This document shows, piece after piece, positions 37,929 to 46,595 of a stretch of DNA of 64,000 nucleotides. Numbering within the stretch: the stretch's first letter is position 1; each line of letters opens with the position of its first letter. The DNA is from an uncultured Mycoplasmatota bacterium. GTDB taxonomy: Bacteria > Bacillota_I > Bacilli_A > RF39 > UBA660. The stretch spans positions 5,109 through 69,108 of the forward strand of contig CANPPW010000001.1 in the NCBI GenBank assembly GCA_947576095.1. The letters are read 5' to 3'. A program made the translations under genes and the position numbers. Below the pieces are notes generated by a model. It did no database searches. It was not told the DNA's origin and saw only the letters and a list, made by a program, of their open reading frames with translations.

Positions 37929-38636
37929 TTATTGAATATATCCATTTTCATAAAAACTGTAATAATCGTATTTCCCTACAATGATATGATCAATGACATA
38001 AATGCCAAACAACTTTCCTATCATAACTAACTTTTCCGTAATTTGTTTATCTGCTTCACTGGGATCTGTAAAGCCACTAGGATGATTATGTACACATATG
38101 ATAGAACTCGCTTCTAGCAAAATCGCTTTTCGAAAAATTTCTCTTGGATGTACCATACTATAGGATAAAGACCCCATAAATAATAATGTATCTTGTATAA
38201 TTCTCTTTTTATTATCTAAATAAACAGCATAAAACATCTCTTGATGTTTATCTGCTAATTTAGCTTTATAATACTCAAAGACAAGAGAAGTGTTATTAAG
38301 CTTTTGTTTCTGTAATGTTGTAATTTGCATTTGCATTCTTTTAGAAAGCTCAATTGCTGCAAGTAAACTAGCCGCCTTACTAGGCCCTATTCCTTTGATT
38401 TTAAGGAGTCTTTCATAATTCAATTCATTGAGTTTTGAAATATCTCCTACCTCTTTTAATAAAGTACTTCCTAAGAATTTAGCAGAACCATTCTTAGTGC
38501 CTGTCTTTAATAGAATTGCTAGTAACTCTTCACTATGTAGATGTTCAGCCCCCATTAAAATCAGTCTTTCTATTGGTCTCTCATTTTTGGGAATATCTTT
38601 TATTTTAATACTAGACAATTGATACCAACTCCTCAT
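37929..38636 (-). CDS. radC: RadC-like JAB/MPN-domain protein (UPF0758)
   Basis: IKDIPKNERPIERL N-terminus, HhH, JAMM motif HNHPSG...D. Confidence 0.8.
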   Translation of the reverse strand: MRSWYQLSSIKIKDIPKNERPIERLILMGAEHLHSEELLAILLKTGTKNGSAKFLGSTLLKEVGDISKLNELNYERLLKIKGIGPSKAASLLAAIELSKRMQMQITTLQKQKLNNTSLVFEYYKAKLADKHQEMFYAVYLDNKKRIIQDTLLFMGSLSYSMVHPREIFRKAILLEASSIICVHNHPSGFTDPSEADKQITEKLVMIGKLFGIYVIDHIIVGKYDYYSFYENGYIQ

Positions 38637-39066
38637 ATTTCGAAAGAACATCATTGATAATACTTGCTATTGCATTTTTATCAGTCGTTGCATTTAGCAT
38701 TTCATCATATTTTTTTAATACGTCTAAAAAATTTTTATGTTCAATCGAAAATGTTTCCTCATCTACAATATATCCAAGCATTTGATAATATTCCTTTATT
38801 TTTTTTACATTTTCCTGATTTTGGGTCATACCAATATATACATAATATTTTTGATTTTTATATAAATAAATATAATTTTGAAAAGATGCAGCATTTTGAT
38901 TCATATCAGCCTCTGATGCATAAATGCCTAGTCTCAAAAAAGTTACCTTTTCGCCTTCCCCAAAAACTGGAAAGACATATTTTTTATTCTCATATCCACT
39001 ATACAAAAAAAGGCCCATAGCTATGCCTATTATCAAACATAACAAAACTGGCTTGATATATTTCAT
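38611..39066 (-). CDS. membrane-anchored protein with a SPOR-like domain
   Basis: N-terminal TM; FLRLGIYASEADMNQNAASFQ...YYVYIGMTQNQENVKKIKEYYQMLGY resembles the SPOR fold pattern. Confidence 0.35.
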   Translation of the reverse strand: MKYIKPVLLCLIIGIAMGLFLYSGYENKKYVFPVFGEGEKVTFLRLGIYASEADMNQNAASFQNYIYLYKNQKYYVYIGMTQNQENVKKIKEYYQMLGYIVDEETFSIEHKNFLDVLKKYDEMLNATTDKNAIASIINDVLSKYEELVSIV

Positions 39067-39117
39067 ACAATCACCAAAGTAATTATATAGAATATTTATT
39101 TCATTCTTTGTCGAATT

Positions 39118-39558
39118 TTATAAAAAGATATTTAAAAATGTACTTACAATAAAAGCAAAAATAATTCCTGCGAATACTTCTAAAGGAAGATGACCCAGTT
39201 CTTCTTTTAATATCTTTCCCCTTTTTTCTGGTTGATTCTTAAACACATAATCAAGAAGTTGATTAATAGCGATCGCTTGTCTTTCTGTCTCTAGACGAAC
39301 TCCCATAGCGTCATATGAAACAATCATAGAAAAAATAAGGGCAATGGCAAAAAAAGGAGAAGTAAATCCTTCTTGATAGCCTAGTGTAAAAACTAAGGAA
39401 AAACTAAAACTTGTATGTGCACTTGGCATGCCACCTGCACCATAAAATAGACGAGACCACATCAATTTTTTATTTTGCCATGATTCTATTATAAATTTGA
39501 GAATCTGACAAATCAATAATGTAATAAAAGGAATCAATATATAACAATAACGTTTCAT
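39118..39558 (-). CDS. divergent PAP2-family (YuiD/DUF212) membrane protein
   Basis: GGMPSAHTS and YDAMGVR motifs. Confidence 0.65.
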   Translation of the reverse strand: MKRYCYILIPFITLLICQILKFIIESWQNKKLMWSRLFYGAGGMPSAHTSFSFSLVFTLGYQEGFTSPFFAIALIFSMIVSYDAMGVRLETERQAIAINQLLDYVFKNQPEKRGKILKEELGHLPLEVFAGIIFAFIVSTFLNIFL

Positions 39559-39674
39559 AAACACCTACTTTCTATAAATTTCATTCCACTTTATTTATTA
39601 TAACAAATTTTTCTAAAAAAAATAGTATATAATTGATATTCTTTTTTCATAATAAAATAGAAAGGATGGGAAAT

Positions 39675-39890
39675 ATGAATACAGTACCTAATATAATAAG
39701 TACCAAAGATCTATCATATCTTGAAGACATGTTTAATTGGCATTTTAATGCTAGTAAAAAAGCACATCATTTTAGCGAAGAAGTGCAAGATGAAGAAATC
39801 AAAAAAGCTCTTGTTGATGCGGCCCTTATGCACGCTAATGCAGCTAGAGAAATTGTAAATATTTTAAAAGGAGGGCAAAATGAATCATAA
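39675..39890 (+). CDS. Coat F (CotF)-like spore coat protein, small member of a pair
   Basis: helical Coat_F-like pattern ...LSYLEDMFNWHFNASKKAHHFSEEVQDEEIKKALVDAALMHANAAREIVNIL; RBS AAAGGA. Confidence 0.35.
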   Translation: MNTVPNIISTKDLSYLEDMFNWHFNASKKAHHFSEEVQDEEIKKALVDAALMHANAAREIVNILKGGQNES

Positions 39891-40194
39891 TCAAATATGT
39901 AATCCAAAAACGGAAGTTCCAACTAGTATAATTATGAACGACTGCGACTATATTACAGCACAGCTTGCCTGTGAAAAAGATATGAGTATAAATATGTGCT
40001 ACGCACTAAATGAAGCTAGCAATGAAACATTATATCAAAAAATATATCCTATTTTTGAAGAAGAAAAACAAATGCAACGTTATCTTTATGAATTAATGTT
40101 TCGTAAAGGATGGTATATACTAGAAAAAGCAGAAACACAAAAAATAACCCAAAAGGCAAATCAAACAGAACAAAAACTACAAGAACTCATATAA
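39880..40194 (+). CDS. Coat F-like protein, second member (overlaps the first by 11 nt)
   Basis: RBS GGAGGG; paired arrangement common for CotF-family spore coat proteins. Confidence 0.35.
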   Translation: MNHNQICNPKTEVPTSIIMNDCDYITAQLACEKDMSINMCYALNEASNETLYQKIYPIFEEEKQMQRYLYELMFRKGWYILEKAETQKITQKANQTEQKLQELI

Positions 40195-40209
40195 AATATG
40201 AATTCTTTT

Positions 40210-41979
40210 TTATTGATAAGTATCAAATCCACTTCTTTTAAACATTTTTTCTAAATCACTATTAGAATAAAAAACCATCGTAGGTCTTCCATGAGGACAA
40301 TGAAATGGATTTTCACACATTCTTAAATCACTTATCAAATATTCCATCTCCTTCATACTAATCAAATCGTTTGCTTTAATTGACATTTTACAGGCCATGG
40401 TTGCTGCAACATGATCATGGAATCTACTCAAATCAAAATTTTTTTCTTTATGAATAACCAAATCTACAATACTCTGGATAGCTTCTTGTACCTTGTATTT
40501 AGATAGCCATAAGGGATGTGCTTTGATCACAAATGAGTTTACACCAAACTCTGTGATATCAAATTTCATATTGTGTAATAACTCTAAATTTTCCTTCAAA
40601 ATAAGTGCTTCACTATTTGTGAGTTCTATAGTGAATGGTACTAACATTCTAATACTTTTTTCTTGTTTACTAGATAGTTTTTGAAGACACTGTTCATAAT
40701 TGATTCTCTCTTTTGCGGCATGCTGGTCTATTAGGTACATTCCCTTTTCATTTTGACAAATAATATAAGTACCATGTAAAGACCCAATTGGGTATAACTC
40801 TGGTAATTTTTCATGATTTTTTTCTTTTGTAATGAAAATTGGTGCTTCTTTATCAAGCGACGGCTCTTCTTTACTTCGTTCTAATGATAAAGTAAGATTT
40901 TCGTATTGCATCTTTTTTGTATATGGCTCTTCATTTTCCAATACTAGATTTTGACTAGCCTCTTTGAAAAATTTATCTTCTATCTCTGGAATTAACGTTT
41001 TTGGTTGCAAAGCTTTTTCAATACTATTTCGAATCAATGATTGTAATGTATCAATTTTACTAAATTTAATATCCATCTTGGTTGGATGAATATTAACATC
41101 AATTAAACTAGAATCTACATCTATTTTTAAAACAACAATTGGATAGCGATTATCTGGTTGATAAGGATGATAAGCATCATGAATAGTCCTAAGTAAATCC
41201 ATATTGCGAACTACACGTCCATTCACAATTAAAATCATATGATTTCGACTCGCTCTTTGTACTTCTGGAAGCGAAATAAATCCATCTATAATATAATCAT
41301 CGTTTTCTACATGTATTTCAATCATTTTCTTTGCTACTTGTAGGCCAAATATACAACTAAATGTTTTAAGAAGATTTCCACTACCATCTGTATTTAAAAG
41401 AACATTTCCATTATTTACTAAACAAAATCGAATAGATGGGTAAGATAGAGCTAATTTATTCATATAGTCTGTTACACTTGCAAGTTCAGTATAGAGGCTT
41501 TTCATGTGCTTTAATCTAGCAGGCGTATTATAAAATAGATCCTTTATTTTGATAATAGTCCCTCTTCTTGCATCTCCCTTTGATGCATCCACAAATTTTC
41601 CGCCCTCAATATGTAAAATCGTGCCAACATTTCCTTTTGATGTTATCATCTCCACTTTACTGACAGAAGCAATAGCAGGAAGAGCTTCCCCTCTAAAACC
41701 TAAAGTATGAATACGATACAAATCTTCCTCATCCAAAAGTTTACTTGTTGCATGTCTTTCAAACGCTAATAAAGCATCTTCCTTTTCCATACCGATACCA
41801 TCATCCGTAATTTTTATCTCTTTGGTTCCAGAGTCTATTAATTCTACCTTGATTACAGTACTTTTAGCATCAATCGCATTTTCTGTAAGTTCCTTTACAA
41901 CTGAACTACATCTTTCTACGACCTCGCCAGCCGCTATTTTATTAGCTAAGATATCATCCATAATTTTTATTTTTGTCAC
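40210..41979 (-). CDS. mutL: DNA mismatch repair protein MutL
   Basis: GHKL ATPase N-terminus (AAGEVVERCSSVVKELTENAIDA), C-terminal dimerisation/endonuclease domain. Confidence 0.9.
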   Translation of the reverse strand: MTKIKIMDDILANKIAAGEVVERCSSVVKELTENAIDAKSTVIKVELIDSGTKEIKITDDGIGMEKEDALLAFERHATSKLLDEEDLYRIHTLGFRGEALPAIASVSKVEMITSKGNVGTILHIEGGKFVDASKGDARRGTIIKIKDLFYNTPARLKHMKSLYTELASVTDYMNKLALSYPSIRFCLVNNGNVLLNTDGSGNLLKTFSCIFGLQVAKKMIEIHVENDDYIIDGFISLPEVQRASRNHMILIVNGRVVRNMDLLRTIHDAYHPYQPDNRYPIVVLKIDVDSSLIDVNIHPTKMDIKFSKIDTLQSLIRNSIEKALQPKTLIPEIEDKFFKEASQNLVLENEEPYTKKMQYENLTLSLERSKEEPSLDKEAPIFITKEKNHEKLPELYPIGSLHGTYIICQNEKGMYLIDQHAAKERINYEQCLQKLSSKQEKSIRMLVPFTIELTNSEALILKENLELLHNMKFDITEFGVNSFVIKAHPLWLSKYKVQEAIQSIVDLVIHKEKNFDLSRFHDHVAATMACKMSIKANDLISMKEMEYLISDLRMCENPFHCPHGRPTMVFYSNSDLEKMFKRSGFDTYQ

Positions 41980-42010
41980 ATTATCACCTTTTACTATCTA
42001 CATGTATTAT

Positions 42011-43258
42011 CTATTTTTTTCTTTTGTTTTTTATAGCACGCAAAGGAGCTGTAATCCTCCAACTTTTACTATTTAAAATCTTTTTCATTTGTAAAGCAAG
42101 ACGATCATATTCCCTTTCTAAGTATTGAACTCGATCACTTTCCATTTTGCCTTTTTCTTCTTCTATCTCTAACTGTTTTTTCATATTCTTCAAATTTTGA
42201 ATTTGAATCATTTCTTTAAAATATAAACTTCGATTTACCCAAATCAGTTCATCATAATTACTTTTTCTAACATGAAAAGATATTTCTAACTTTTCACCCT
42301 TTTCAAAAGGTCGATTTAAAAGTAAAATAGGATCCAATGTTTCAAAAACCAAAGCCTCATTTACAGAAATATAATTGATAAACTGTACTGTTTTTAAATC
42401 AATTCCTGAAATAACCAAATGTTCTATACTAAACCCCATAGCCTCTTCTAAATCAATTCTTAAATTTTGAATATCTTTTGGAATTTCAATAGTTGCATAC
42501 ATCTTTTCTTTTTTGTTTTTATATAAAATAGACATACTATTTTTTTCTGAAAATCCACTTCCTTCATCAAAGTATACTTTTCCTTTCGAAAAACAAGTAT
42601 TTAAATGATTCATCCAAACAAAATAAGGACAATCAAATACATTTTCATCTAGTAAAAGCAATCGAATTGGATGATGATGTAAGCAATAATTAAAACTTAA
42701 CTGGTCACGACTACTTTCATTTTTAATCTCTTTAAACCAGTATTTCATAAGCTCTTTTACTTCTTTTTTCCTATGCCACCTAACTAAAATGGGACTTTCA
42801 ATTAATCCATTGTGTGTAGGATATCCCTCATTTTTATATCTTTCTAATTGCTTATAAATAAGTGAAGGTTCTCCTTTTCCACATGCAAGACACGCATATC
42901 CCTCTTCATAAATACAATCTCGCACACTGTGTTTGAAAGAAACCATATCATATTTTAAAATTTCGCAAATATCATAGATAAAGTGGGCGATACTTACATT
43001 GATATAACAAGAAGCATCCATCCAAATACTAATATCATATTTCTTCAAATATGGATGACCTAATATTTTTATTTTTCTAGCTAAACGAATGTTATCAAGA
43101 TTTTCATCTTCTATATATATAACATTCCACTTACAAGAAGTTATCCTTTTATTATTTGTAAATAAAATATAATCAATACCCTCTTGCACCCAGGGGTCTT
43201 TAACAATATCATAAGTTCCTGTAACACAGGTATAAACACATATTTTTTCTTTTCCCAT
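42011..43258 (-). CDS. DUF616 (TOD1/MUCI70-like) putative glycosyltransferase with C-terminal coiled coil and SKSWRITAPLR tail
   Basis: N-terminal VYTCVTGTYD pattern of DUF616; no signal peptide. Confidence 0.45.
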   Translation of the reverse strand: MGKEKICVYTCVTGTYDIVKDPWVQEGIDYILFTNNKRITSCKWNVIYIEDENLDNIRLARKIKILGHPYLKKYDISIWMDASCYINVSIAHFIYDICEILKYDMVSFKHSVRDCIYEEGYACLACGKGEPSLIYKQLERYKNEGYPTHNGLIESPILVRWHRKKEVKELMKYWFKEIKNESSRDQLSFNYCLHHHPIRLLLLDENVFDCPYFVWMNHLNTCFSKGKVYFDEGSGFSEKNSMSILYKNKKEKMYATIEIPKDIQNLRIDLEEAMGFSIEHLVISGIDLKTVQFINYISVNEALVFETLDPILLLNRPFEKGEKLEISFHVRKSNYDELIWVNRSLYFKEMIQIQNLKNMKKQLEIEEEKGKMESDRVQYLEREYDRLALQMKKILNSKSWRITAPLRAIKNKRKK

Positions 43259-43385
43259 TTTATTTTCCTTCTTTGCTATTTTTAAATGATTGAACAGCTT
43301 TGGCTTTTATATTTTCTATTATATCATGTACACTATCATCTCGTAAATGAACAGATTCTCTTTTTAGTAAGTATTCAAAATCAGT

Positions 43386-46300
43386 TTATATGTATGATTC
43401 AATTTTCATATAAGTTTTATCTAATAAGGAATATAAATAACCAGAAACAGGCATCATTGTTATTTGCTGCACATAAGTCATATATCCTTTTATTTGCTGA
43501 TAATAGGCTTCCTTCTGTATATCTTTTAGTTTATAATCAACAACAATATAAGAATCCTTTTTCTGTATTAACAAATCTATTATACCATGATGATCCTGAT
43601 CATATACAAATTCATATTCCTTATAAAAGATAGCACCATCCAGATTTTTCATAAATTCAGCTTCAAATAATCCCTCTATTTTATCTATATAAAAATCAGA
43701 TACATGATATTCTTTATAAAATGATTGTCTATTTAGAAAATCTATATTTTCTAAATAGGTATGAATTTGTCTTCCAATCTCTATATTTTCTTGATCTTTT
43801 ATACTCATAAAATTAGGGACAGCTGAATAATGCTCTTTGGTCATCTTTTGAGTAGATATACGTAGTTCTATTGGAAGTATTTCTCCTTCTTTGGTGGATT
43901 TTTCAATTTCTAAAGATTGTATAAAATTCCTATCATATTCATGTGTTAAAGAGATTTCTTCTAAGAATGCTTTATGTATATAAGGTAACAATGAGTTTTT
44001 AATAGATGAAAACATATCATAAAAACTACGATATTTCAGACGAATTTCATCCCTTAAAGCACCTTCTCCTATATTGGTATTTAAAGAAGGAGTCACAATT
44101 ATTATTTTTTCCCTCGCTCTAGTAAGTGCAACATAAAGAAGTCGTATCTTTTCTGATACATCTCTTTGATAATACTCTTCCCTAACAAGTGTTTTATATA
44201 TTGTATCTTTAAGCCCCTCTTCAAAAACGGGTGTCACAATTCCATAGGTACGATTAAAAAGAAAACGATCTTTAAAATCTTCTTTAGAAAACGTTTTATA
44301 AATCCCACTATAATAACAAATTGGAAATTCTAGTCCTTTAGATTTATGAATCGTCATCATTTCGATAGCATCTTGATACGTTCCTTCTATCTCAAAATGA
44401 ATATCAATTTGATGTTTCAGAGCTGAATCAAAGTAAGAAATCATATCTGATAATGTATATTCCAAATTTTCTAAAGAAGTCGCTACTTCTAAAAGATAAT
44501 GTAATTTTGAAGATAATAAATCCACTTCCCCTAGTTCAATGATCTTATTATAAAAGTCAAAAATGATATACATTTCTTCCAACAATTCTCTAAGTGATAA
44601 AATAGGCAACTTTTGATACAAAGTGTCTATTTTTTGTTTCATATCTATCAAATTTTCATTTTCTCTAAAAATATGATATATACTTCGATTTAACTGTTTC
44701 GCTTTAAAAAAGACATCAAAAATAACATCATCTTCATAAGCAAAAAGAAATGATCTAGCAACACTTAAAAAACTATGGGAGAATGCAGAATCATAAAAAT
44801 TACCCATTTTCATACAATCTAATATTTTAAGAATATTTTGAATCACAAAAATTTCATCTGATTGTATAAAGTTCTCTTCCTTATGTATATAAATAGGAAT
44901 TTCTAAATAGGTAAATATTTTCTTATATAAATCAAAATCCGTCTTTCGATCCATTAAGATTGCAAAATCTTGATACGTAACAGGCCTTAATTTTGAAGTC
45001 TCTTTATCAATTACTTGATATTTTGTTTTTATTTTTTTTTGAATATCACTAGCAATCAAAAAAGCTTCTATTTCTTCTTTTTTATATTCTCCTTTTTGAT
45101 AGGGATATTCTAAAACTTCAAGTGAATAATTATCTTCTGTTTTTCCTTCACTTTCATACATTTCATTACCAAAAATCATCTCATGGCCATTTGTATAATC
45201 AGCACCACCAATGGAAAGATTCATTATTTGTTCAAAAATCAAATTAATACAATTTAAAACTTCTCGTCTAGATCGAAAGTTTTTCATAAGATCTATTTTT
45301 ATACCAGGTCCCTGCTTTTGATAAGTTTCATATTTTTCCATAAAAATAGAAGGATTGGCATTTCTAAAACCATAGATTGATTGTTTTACATCCCCTACCA
45401 TATAAATGTTTTGATTCGATAACAAGGAAATAAAAGAATCTCCAATATCATTTGTATCCTGATATTCATCAACCATAATTTCGTGAATATTTTCCCGATA
45501 AGTCTTTCGAATGGATGGATATTGTTCTAAAATCTGAACTGCAAACCTACCAATATCACTAAATTCAAAAACATTGTATTTCCTTTTAAAAACTGAAACT
45601 TTGGTTTCATATTGTTTGACAAGAGAAAGCAGAACATCCACTGTTTTTTTTGTCTTTAAAATTTCATCTCGTATTTCCTTTGTTGATTTGTAAGTGCAGT
45701 ACTCCTTTACTTTATGGAAACTTTTTCGCAAAAGGTCATATTCTTTTTTTACTTCTATTTTTTCTTCTTCCTCTATTTTTTTGCTAGTTGGAAAAGAAGG
45801 AAGAGATGATGGTAAATTTTGTATCAATTGATCATAAGTTTTTACATTTCGTAAAGACTCTACTTTCATCACTACCTGTTCATACCAAACTATCAATTTT
45901 TCATCCATAATCTCCTGTTCCATTTTATCCAAATGAAGAAACACCTCATCTAACTCTTTTATAATATATTCTACATAGGATAAAATATCTTTTTCAATCT
46001 TATGAGAATCGTAATATCTTTTTAGATAGGTACTCATATATGTCTCTTTATCATAAATGGAAGATAATCCCTCTGCAATTTGATAAACAATTTTTTTTAT
46101 TTTAGTATCATCTTTAATGGTAAATGTATCTATTACAGATAGAAAATTCAAATCTTTTTTCTGATAAAATTCTAAAAATACCTCCTCTAATATTTTTTTC
46201 TTTTGAGAAACTAAAACTACAGAATCACAAATATTAATATTTTTTTCTAAATCTAACAGGTAATGATACTTTTTTACTAGTGACAAACTAAAACTATCAA

Positions 46301-46595
46301 ATGTGCATATATTGGCACTATCCAGTAAATCTAACTGCTGAAGCAATTCTAAATGTCCTTTTTCTAATTCTTTATTTAATTTTGCCCGAACTCGTTCTTT
46401 CATTTCAAATGCAGCTGCATTGGTAAAGGTTAAAACAATTAAAGAATCTAATGAAATTCCTTGTTTTAATTTTTCAATAATTCGTTCTGTGAGAACAGCA
46501 GTTTTTCCACTCCCTGCTCCTGCACTTACAATAATATTGTCTCCATGTTGCTGAATTGCTGAAAGTTGTTCATCTGTCCATCTTGTTTTACCCAT
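43386..46595 (-). CDS. addA: ATP-dependent helicase/nuclease subunit A
   Basis: UvrD-like helicase motifs (AGAGSGKT) and C-terminal RecB nuclease; RBS GGGTGG. Confidence 0.9.
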   Translation of the reverse strand: MGKTRWTDEQLSAIQQHGDNIIVSAGAGSGKTAVLTERIIEKLKQGISLDSLIVLTFTNAAAFEMKERVRAKLNKELEKGHLELLQQLDLLDSANICTFDSFSLSLVKKYHYLLDLEKNINICDSVVLVSQKKKILEEVFLEFYQKKDLNFLSVIDTFTIKDDTKIKKIVYQIAEGLSSIYDKETYMSTYLKRYYDSHKIEKDILSYVEYIIKELDEVFLHLDKMEQEIMDEKLIVWYEQVVMKVESLRNVKTYDQLIQNLPSSLPSFPTSKKIEEEEKIEVKKEYDLLRKSFHKVKEYCTYKSTKEIRDEILKTKKTVDVLLSLVKQYETKVSVFKRKYNVFEFSDIGRFAVQILEQYPSIRKTYRENIHEIMVDEYQDTNDIGDSFISLLSNQNIYMVGDVKQSIYGFRNANPSIFMEKYETYQKQGPGIKIDLMKNFRSRREVLNCINLIFEQIMNLSIGGADYTNGHEMIFGNEMYESEGKTEDNYSLEVLEYPYQKGEYKKEEIEAFLIASDIQKKIKTKYQVIDKETSKLRPVTYQDFAILMDRKTDFDLYKKIFTYLEIPIYIHKEENFIQSDEIFVIQNILKILDCMKMGNFYDSAFSHSFLSVARSFLFAYEDDVIFDVFFKAKQLNRSIYHIFRENENLIDMKQKIDTLYQKLPILSLRELLEEMYIIFDFYNKIIELGEVDLLSSKLHYLLEVATSLENLEYTLSDMISYFDSALKHQIDIHFEIEGTYQDAIEMMTIHKSKGLEFPICYYSGIYKTFSKEDFKDRFLFNRTYGIVTPVFEEGLKDTIYKTLVREEYYQRDVSEKIRLLYVALTRAREKIIIVTPSLNTNIGEGALRDEIRLKYRSFYDMFSSIKNSLLPYIHKAFLEEISLTHEYDRNFIQSLEIEKSTKEGEILPIELRISTQKMTKEHYSAVPNFMSIKDQENIEIGRQIHTYLENIDFLNRQSFYKEYHVSDFYIDKIEGLFEAEFMKNLDGAIFYKEYEFVYDQDHHGIIDLLIQKKDSYIVVDYKLKDIQKEAYYQQIKGYMTYVQQITMMPVSGYLYSLLDKTYMKIESYI

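Noticed and set aside
42011-43258. DUF616-like protein as part of a capsule or defence island
   Set aside because: No neighbouring polysaccharide-export, restriction or abortive-infection genes. Neighbours are core repair genes, so there is no island signature.
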